From Octopus vulgaris (lineage: Eukaryota): a stretch of 64,000 nucleotides of DNA. Every line of letters begins with the position of its first letter. Positions within the stretch are counted from its first letter, which is position 1. A model generated the notes under the pieces. It was not told the origin of the DNA, searched no databases, and saw nothing but the letters and a program-made list of their open reading frames with translations. Shown here piece after piece: positions 55,898-64,000 of the stretch. The stretch is taken from NCBI GenBank assembly GCA_951406725.2, contig OX597831.1, positions 29,822,001 to 29,886,000 on the forward strand. Direction: 5' to 3'. The translations under genes were made by a program, and so were the position numbers.

Positions 55898-56128
55898 TAT
55901 TTCTTTATTACCCACAAGGGGCTAAACATAGAGGGGACAAACAAGGACAGACATAGGTATTATGTCGATTACATCGATCCCAGTGCGTAACTGGTACTTA
56001 ATTTATCGACCCCGAAAGGATGAAAGGCAAAGTCGACCTCGGCGGAATTTGAACTCACAACGTAACGGCAGACGAAGTACCGCAAAGCATTTCGCCCGGT
56101 GTGCTAACGCTTCTGCTAGCTCGCCGCC
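55898..56128 (-). mobile_element. SINE family A with 18-bp target-site duplication
   Basis: TTTGTGGGTCAAGATACC at 55880-55897 and 56129-56146. Confidence 0.92.
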
Positions 56129-56553
56129 TTTGTGGGTCAAGATACCGTATTATCCTGTACGTAGGAATAACACTGTTACAAAATTATGCGGTTACCTTAC
56201 TTGTAGCCTACTCTATAGGTGGAATGTTTGGTGCTTATAATGAAATGCTCGGTGCTTATAGTAAAACACCATTTAATAGCAAGCACTACACATCTGTTGA
56301 TGGGTGTTACATCACCATTACTAAAATGTATGCACAGGATATGCTGCAAGCCTGCATACACCTTCAAGCAAAATAAACAAATGCGTCATACACTCGTTGT
56401 TTACATGGCGGGAAATGTGCTTCACAGACAACACTAATGGCGAACACTGGAAAACGCCACTGTCTGAATTCGTTCAAAGGCATGACTTCGGTAAGCCTAA
56501 AAAAACATTCAATTAATCGCTAAATCAGCGGCTCCCGTGCGACTTTTATATTT

Positions 56554-57062
56554 TACTAGCAGTATCGCCCGGCGTTGCTCGGGTTTGTAAGGGAAATAAC
56601 TATATAAGCATTTTTAGAGAGTTACTTCCCTTATAGATGCCAATTCGGGCTTTCTTAGCCATTTCTGTTTTGGTGTCTTCAAGCCATGAAGTCGTTGTTC
56701 TAAAAGAACGCTGGTCTCCTTGACAACGCATTACGACGTTGATTTCTTTACACTCCCTTCCCCACAGCTTCACGAGGGAGGGAAGGGGGAGAAGCAAACA
56801 GGTGCAGGTGTGACCATGGACGCCAACTCCGCCGCCATCGACACACGAAAAATTATGCATAAAAATGGAATAAAAAATTATGTTAAATTATTTTTAAAAT
56901 CGTAGACTCATCGTAGACGCGCGCTAATACTCAGACGGGCTCGATATGAATCACGACTATAAGATACCCGAATTTGGTTAAACTGCACCTCAAAATGTGG
57001 GAGTAGTTAGGAATCTAAATCGAAGGGGACAGACACTCACACAACTACAGTTTTATATATAT
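56554..57062 (+). mobile_element. Helentron/DINE-1-like non-autonomous element
   Basis: Starts TACTAGC..CCCGGCGTTGCTCGGG (5' hairpin) and ends AATTTGGTTAAA...GGACAGACAC...TTTTATATAT. Confidence 0.6.
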
Positions 57063-57343
57063 ATTTTATATGTGTTTTGATGCATGGAATTGGTAACTTT
57101 ACTGCAGTTCATTGTGTTTTTGCTTATTATTCGCTTACGAATCAGCTGGGCTTCTTCTGTTGATACGGTACTTCGGGTTCTAGCTTCAATTTCAGCCCCT
57201 CAACAGTAGTATCCGTGTAACAGTCGGCCCCATAAGTTTGACATTAAAAAATGCTCCAAAAAATTCGACTTTCACACGAGTATATACAGCATTATTATTA
57301 TCATAATTATTATTATTATCATAATTATTATTATTATTATTAT

Positions 57344-57379
<36 letters not shown>

Positions 57380-57461
57380 CAGCAGCAGCAGCAGAAGCAG
57401 CAGCAGCAACAGTAGTAGTAGTAGTAGTAGTAGTAGCAGTAGTAGTAGCAGTAGTAGTAGC

Positions 57462-57507
<46 letters not shown>

Positions 57508-57513
57508 ATAACT

Positions 57514-57821
57514 GAGACCCCCTTCGGTCATGAATGACCATTGGATTGCACCTAGAGAGTTCCCCTCCCGGGGGCAAGGTTGTTTATGGAAAACCAGCAG
57601 TCGCCCATGCATACCAGCCTCCCCTCTCCATGCCACCGATGTTATCCAAGGGAAAGGCAAAGGGGCCGATACAGCTTGGCACCTGTGACGTCGCAACTCA
57701 TTTCTACAGCTGAGTGAACTGGAGGAATGTGAAATAAAGTGTCTTGCCCGGTCCGGGATTTGAACTCACAACCTCACGATCGTAAGCTGGACGCTCTAAA
57801 TACTGAGCCATGCGCCTTCAC
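57514..57821 (-). mobile_element. SINE family D, full length, with 13-bp TSD
   Basis: Head GAAGGCGCATGGCTCAG..GAGTTCAAATCCC. AGTAGTGATAACT at 57501-57513 and 57822-57834. Confidence 0.88.
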
Positions 57822-58359
57822 AGTAGTGATAACTAATAATAATAATAATAATAATAATAATATTTTCTACAAGGCCTGAAATTTGTGAGGAGAGGCTAGC
57901 CGATTACATTGACCGCACTGCTTAATGTCAGTCATTTCATCGACCCCTGAAAAGATGAAAGGCGAAGCTGACCACAGCAGAATTTGAACCCAGAGCATAA
58001 AGGCAGACGAAATGATAATAGTAATAATAATAATGGTTTCAGCAGAATTATGTCAGTCCCACCTTCAACTCCAGATAACCCCATCGCATTTCAGAAGTGT
58101 ATATACCTTTGGGAATGTAGAGTTGGGTTTTTATCCGTTTTGTTTCGCTGTTTTCAGTGTTATTTTAATGTGCCTGGCGTCTGCGTGTGTACATACATAC
58201 ATACATACATACATACATGTATGTATGTATATGTATTGTAGTAAGAACGTGAAACCAGTGTTGTGAGTAGACAAAAATTTGATCAATTCAAATATGTTTG
58301 GAACGTATTGGTGTTTATTGCTTGTATATAAATCTGCGTATTTACAAATGTATATATAT

Positions 58360-58413
<54 letters not shown>

Positions 58414-58572
58414 TAGATGCGTGGTGTTCAGTCATATAATAATACAAATAATATATATATATATATATATTATTTATGTATATGCATGTATACATACATA
58501 TATGTAGATATATATGTATGTATGCATATATGTATATAGATATGTATGTATGCATATATGTATATATATATG

Positions 58573-58612
<40 letters not shown>

Positions 58613-58700
58613 TATATTATTTATGTATATGCATGTATACATACATATATGTAGATATATATGTATGTATGCATATGTGTATATATATGTGTGTATATAT

Positions 58701-58749
<49 letters not shown>

Positions 58750-58751
<2 letters not shown>

Positions 58752-59365
58752 CAACAATTGAGGGTAAAATTAATTAATTATTAATCAATTTCACCAAGTG
58801 TTCAGTATGCAAAGGGACCATTTAAGGCGAATTCAAATTATTACATTATATAAAAGGGCTTAGTAAAATAAATTACTTTGCCGCATACTGAACTCATTAG
58901 AAATAGCAGCTAAAAAACTTTTTTAAAGCTATTTCTAATACTTAAAGAAAATCTCTCTCATATATGGTGTTTGCTTAATTCAACTCACAAAAGTTTGGGG
59001 GTAAGGACATCAAAAAATCAAATGCTAAGGTTATTTGAGAACGTACGTTTCAAGATTAGTCAAAACAACACTTCTATCATCAGCTCAGAAACTCCTTGGT
59101 TTGGATTTGGAAACACTGAAAGTAAGAACATACCCTTTCGAAGATCCGCTCGTAACTAACAGTGCCAACAAACCCAAATATATATATATATATATATGCA
59201 TATACGGATACAGGACGTCACAAAACGGAAACAACATGAAATACAAAATACGAAAACATGAAATACGAAGACAAACTTGGGTATGCGAACAACGAAAGAA
59301 ACAAATGGGAAACAAGACAAGTAACATAAAGAACGACCCTTCATCAGTTGTCGGCTATATATATT
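58750..59365 (-). mobile_element. Two Penelope-like terminal remnants embedded in (TA)n
   Basis: Hammerhead motif at 59036-59087. A second segment (59196-59365) has CTGATGAAGGG followed by a T-rich tail. Confidence 0.5.
59036..59087 (-). ncRNA. Type I hammerhead ribozyme motif with complete core
   Basis: TGAG-CTGATGA-[TAGAAGT..ACTAATCTT]-GAAAC-GTAC-GTT-CTCA: stem I TGAG/CTCA, palindromic stem III AACGTACGTT, GUU cleavage triplet. Stem II is imperfect. Confidence 0.6.
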
Positions 59366-59405
<40 letters not shown>

Positions 59406-59652
59406 CAGACAGACAAAGAGACAGAGACAGACAGAAAGACAGAGTGAGAGAGAGAGAGAGAGAGAGAAAGAGAGGCTTATATATAGATAGAAAGGTACAT
59501 ATATACACGCATACATACATACATACATACAAACGTACGTACTTACAAACACATAAACACACACATTCGTACACTCGCGCGCACACACGTGTCTGTGAAG
59601 GTATGTGTGTGTGCTTAGATATGACAATGATAGTTCAGTTGCTGCTTCTACT

Positions 59653-59683
<31 letters not shown>

Positions 59684-60557
59684 ATGGTGATGGTGATGGT
59701 GGTGGTGGTGGTGGGCGGGTGATGATGATGATGATGATGATGACGACGACGACGAGTATGTTTATGATGGAGGAAGCGACGGCAGCAGTGACGATGGTGG
59801 TGGCGATGGTGATGGTGATGATGGGAGTGATAGTGACGTTGTGGCTTAAGTCTGACAGACCCCTAATTCCCACATCACCAACGCAACACCAGCCCCGACA
59901 ACACTCCCATCTTGACCACAGACAAATCTGAATTTAAAATGAAAAAAATAATTAAATAAACAAAGGACTGAAAAAAACAATAAAAACAATAAATGTTTGA
60001 AACCCCCTTTCCGACCCCCAACGTGAAGAACGACCAAATCTGGTTTTAATTCTTTATTTAGAATTCATAAAATTGATAAAATCGAAGAGGTTAGAGTTGG
60101 TATTGAACTCCGTTCTTTCTCGATTTTTCCCCCGAGAATGTCCGTTTTTGTGGATTAAAGGTCAACGCTTGCTTATTTTTAGAAGCCAAAACAGAATTTT
60201 GTGAAAAATTGTGAGAAAAATAATTTTGGTTTCAAATTTTGGTGCAAGTCCATGATTTTCGTGGGAAGGGTAAGTCGATTATATCGACCCCAGTACTCAA
60301 CTAGTACTTACGTTGTGTGTGGACTCGGAAAGGATGAAACTGTCGTGACTTCAATACCTTGCGATGCGTTGTGGTCCTTGAGCAAGGCACTTATTTCACA
60401 TTGCTCCAGTCCACTCAGCAGGCAAAAATGAGATGTACATGTATTTGATTAATGGACCTCGGAGGATATCAAAGTAAGGCTAACCCAGTCGAGATTTGAA
60501 ACCAGAACGTAAAAATAACGTAATTTATTAAATAATAATTCTTTACAGTAAAACATT

Positions 60558-60685
60558 TGATTAACTGTTTTCGTTTTCTTTTCATTGTAGGTAAGTACCT
60601 CTTTTGAATAGCCGATACTCTGAAGTACATGATATATATATATATATATTCCACGTCTTGAAAGATTGGACATTTTCAGGTAAAA
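60558..60685 (+). other. Candidate recursive splice site (TAG|GTAAGT at 60590/60591) with 89-nt RS-exon
   Basis: Branch-point-like TTAAC at 60561, tract TGTTTTCGTTTTCTTTTCATTG, then TAG|GTAAGT. Downstream CAG|GTAAAA at 60679/60680. Confidence 0.5.
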
Positions 60686-61404
60686 AGAAATTATAATTTA
60701 TTTTATACACACTCTACACAATTTGTGGATTAAAGTTCAATAACGGTACAAACCTGATGATGTTATAAACATGCACGTCCGTAAATTTTCCAGTCCCAAA
60801 CAACGTCAATAAATCTTGAAAGCTTTAATTTTCACCCAAACCCTTCAGTGTAAAAGTGAAATCAAGTTAATTCAGCAACTAGTTTCCATATCACTGCTAA
60901 CTCGATGTTGAAGTATCTCAAAAGCTACAAATGCAGTCCTTATTGAAAAGACAATGAAGCGTTTGATTGAAGAGGTGAGATTTGGCCCATTACGTTAAGG
61001 CCAAGTGCAGGACCGGCAACAGGATTTCAACATACTAGGCTAATCCAAAACAATGTGGCCCCACTCCTCCATCCTTACTCCAATTTCTTATACAACCAAC
61101 CCCATTTCTACACCAGCAGGAAAGTAAACCACAAAATGATAATGATCCGTTTCATCACTGATTAAGGTGGCGAACTAGTAGAACCGTTAGCGACATCGTT
61201 TCTGACTCTTTATGTTCTGAGTTCAAACTACACTGGGGACAACTTTGGCTTTCATCCATTCGGGGGGTCGATAGAATAACCGATTTGTCCTTTACCCCTT
61301 AAAATTGTTGACTTTTGACCTGATAACGGACCGGCGCCCCATTCAGAGAGGACTGTTGTTATCTCGCTCATTTGTACACCATGGCAACCAGGTAATCGGC
61401 CTTA

Positions 61405-61613
61405 TGAGTGAAAAGAATATAAGTGCACCGCAACTCGTATTCCGCGGCACACTTGTGCACCACGAGACGATGCTAGGTGTACCGTAGTGTAACCTGAATA
61501 TAATTTTTTCCCCTATACTTTTAATTATATTTTTAGTTCAGATGTGCCGCCGAATTTCGAAAAAAATATATATAAGTGTGCCGCAAGTGAAAAAAAGGTA
61601 GCAGAGCAAACTG
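61405..61613. mobile_element. hAT (Charlie-like) MITE remnant
   Basis: CCGCGGCACAC ... GTGTGCCGC..AAAAAAGGT..ACTG subterminal motifs. Confidence 0.45.
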
Positions 61614-61769
61614 GTCTTGAGCATAGCACCGATTCTACTTAAATGACTTCACAGAAACTCCTTTACTGGTTTACAGGGCACTAAGTTTAAAAAACTAATC
61701 AGTGCTTATTGAAGGAACATGGTCATTATTTGTGGGGCAGGTGAAGTAAATATAAAGTAAATATAAAGT

Positions 61770-62165
61770 TTCACAAGGCCGGTAATTTTGAGAGGAAGGA
61801 GAAGTCTATTACATCCTCTTAACGAGTACTCATTTTATCGCTCCTAAAAGGATGGAAGGTAAAGTCCACCTCAGCGGAATTTGAACTCAGAACGTAAAGA
61901 GCCGAAAGCAATGCTGCTAAGCATCGTGACCAACTCGCTAACGATTCTTTTCTACTCTAGGCACAAAGCCAAAAATTTTGGGGGAGGGGGCCAGTCGATT
62001 AGATTGACCATAGTACGCAACTGCTACTTATTTTATCGACTCCGAAAGGATGAAAGGCAAAGTCGACCTCGGCGGAATTTGAACTCAGAACGTAAAAAAC
62101 AGGAAGAAATACCGCTAAGCATTGTGTCCGACTCGCTATACTCTCGACTAGTTCACCGCCTTAGG
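61770..62165 (-). mobile_element. Two tandem SINE-A short-tail copies
   Basis: GGATG(G/A)AAGG..AAAGTC..CCTC.GCGGAATTTGAACTCAGAACGTA occurs twice. Confidence 0.8.
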
Positions 62166-62240
62166 TTAAGTATACTATATAGAAGCTCCTTCACTAACTC
62201 ATGTGGTCTCTACTTTCAAGCCAGTATAGAGTTCTTTTTG

Positions 62241-62540
62241 TGAAGATACGTGGCTTCGTAGTTAGAGCATTCGACTCTTGAGTTAAATTCCCGGCGACGC
62301 GTTGTGTCCTTGAGCAAGACACTTTATTTCACGTTGCTCCAGTCCACTCAGCTGGCAAAAATTAGTTGTACCTGTATTTCAAAGGGCCAGCCTTGTGACA
62401 CTCTTACTGAGAACTACGTTAGGGGTACACGTGTGTCTGTGGATTTCTCAGTCTCATATACGTTAATTTCACGAGCAAGCTGTTCCGTTGATCGTATCAG
62501 CTGGGACCCTCGTCGTCGTAACCGACAGAGTGCTCCTTTT
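62241..62540 (+). mobile_element. SINE family D with alternative tail
   Basis: TGAAGATACGTGGC..GTTAGAGC head, GTCCTTGAGCAAGACACTTTATTTCAC, tail shared with 21530-21660. Confidence 0.8.
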
Positions 62541-63273
62541 TAAAGAGTTCTTTTTAGGGACGAACTATTTGCAAATATTTATTGGGTCCAAATGACAACA
62601 TTTATGATTCATGTGAACCCTATTTCTTTATAGACGGTAACAAGTTTGCTGAGGGCAAATATTTGGCTGTTTGTTTCTTTTTTTTATATTTAACTCGGTT
62701 AAGTGACGAAGGATATTAGATTGCTGTCAAGTTTGATTATTTATTGATAAATTCACTTCGGTCTGTTGATGGCACCGCAATAAATAAATAAATAAAACAA
62801 TGATTTAGGGGTGTGTTGGACTGGTGTTGTATGAAAGACAACACGTGTGTGTGTGTGTTTGTGTGTGTGCGCACGCATGTGATGCGGGGGGGGGGGGGTC
62901 GATTACAAGACACTTATCAGTGTAAATAGAGCTGGGGTCCCCCACCACGTAAGGGTACAGTGAAACAACGAGGTGGGGAGGGTGGGATTGATTGATATAT
63001 TTGAAACGTGACATGTGTTGAACCGCGTTCTCATCCGTATGTGTGGTGTATACATGTATATATATGTGTGTGTGTGTGTGTGTGTATATATGTATATATA
63101 TTTATATATGTATACATATTTATATATATGTATATATATTTATATATATGTATATATATTTATATATATGTATATATATTTATATATATGTATATATATT
63201 TATATATATGTATATATATTTATATATGTATATATATTTATATATGTATATATATTTATATATGTATATATAT

Positions 63274-64000
63274 GAGCTGGACGAAATATACGAGTGGGCT
63301 GAAAAGAATAGCATGCAGTTCAATGCTGAAAAGTTTCAAGCTTTATACTATCAGCATGCAAAACTGAATGCAATACCCAAGGAATACACTGGACCCGGAG
63401 GGATTGCAATCCCAGAGGCACAATCAGTGCGTGACCTGGGTATTCACATGAGTGATGACGCGACCTTTCATGTACATGTTGCTAAACTGACAATGAAATG
63501 CAGACGGCTGGCTGGATGGATTCTTAGAACCTTTAGAACAAGAGAACAAGAAACCATGATGGTCCTCTGGAAGACACTTGTCCTAAGCCACTTTGACTAT
63601 TGCTCTCAGCTATGGTCACCATCCAGTGTCAAGTTGATCACAGAACTTGAGGCGATCCAACGAAGCTACACGAAGAAGATAGCCTCTATGCAGAATGTAA
63701 GCTACTGGGAAAGACTCAAGAGATTAAAATTATATTCCCTGGAGCGTAGGCGGGAAAGATATGCCATAATATACATCTGGAAGATCCTGGAGGGAAGTGT
63801 CCTGAACTTTGGCATCGAGAGTTACGCAAATGCCAGAACTGGGCGCCACTGCGTGGTGCCTAGGACTCCAAACTTGCCATCAAGATGTAGGACAAGATTC
63901 TGTGATAGCCTGGGCTTCCGAGGCCCACAGCTCTTCAATATCCTCCCGAAGAACCTGAGAGACCTGCATGGGGTGGATACAGATGTCTTTAAAATGGAGC
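63274..64000 (+). mobile_element. CR1/L2-group LINE ORF2 3' portion (RT thumb and C-terminal domain), 5'-truncated, open to the window edge
   Basis: Stop-free frame [22 protein letters not shown]...VRDLGI...GWILRTF...DYCSQLWSP...[12 protein letters not shown]...[20 protein letters not shown]...FNILP. Missing from the ORF track because it has no stop inside the window. Confidence 0.92.

Noticed and set aside
55766-56400. Possible pogo/Tigger-like element starting ACCGTATATGCTCGAG with repeated TAATAGTCGACCC
   Set aside because: I could not locate a matching opposite TIR or transposase, so it is left uncalled.

Overview
This is an AT-rich, extremely microsatellite-dense eukaryotic window. The repeat inventory looks like a coleoid cephalopod, probably Octopus (inference from SINE and microsatellite content; not verified). 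I found no intact host protein-coding gene, and nearly all ORFs in the track are translated simple repeats. The window contains three tRNA-derived SINE families (called A, B and D here), a ~540-bp (TAA)n-associated non-coding repeat (family C), and decayed LINE fragments (RTE, R4/Dong, a generic RT, and a stop-free CR1-type ORF2 running off the right edge). It also holds Penelope-like remnants with minimal hammerhead-ribozyme motifs, Tc1/mariner and hAT relics, Helentron-like elements and two minisatellites. Most notable: (1) a full-length U6 snRNA copy fused to a trimeric SINE, both inside one target-site duplication; (2) two AG|GTAAGT recursive-splice-site-like signals on the + strand, each with a downstream donor; (3) a tRNA-Asp copy joined to the SINE-B 3' tail; (4) hammerhead motifs with covarying stems; (5) a ~213-bp almost spacer-free palindrome. 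Family letters are my own labels, and repeat boundaries are approximate unless a TSD or TIR is quoted.
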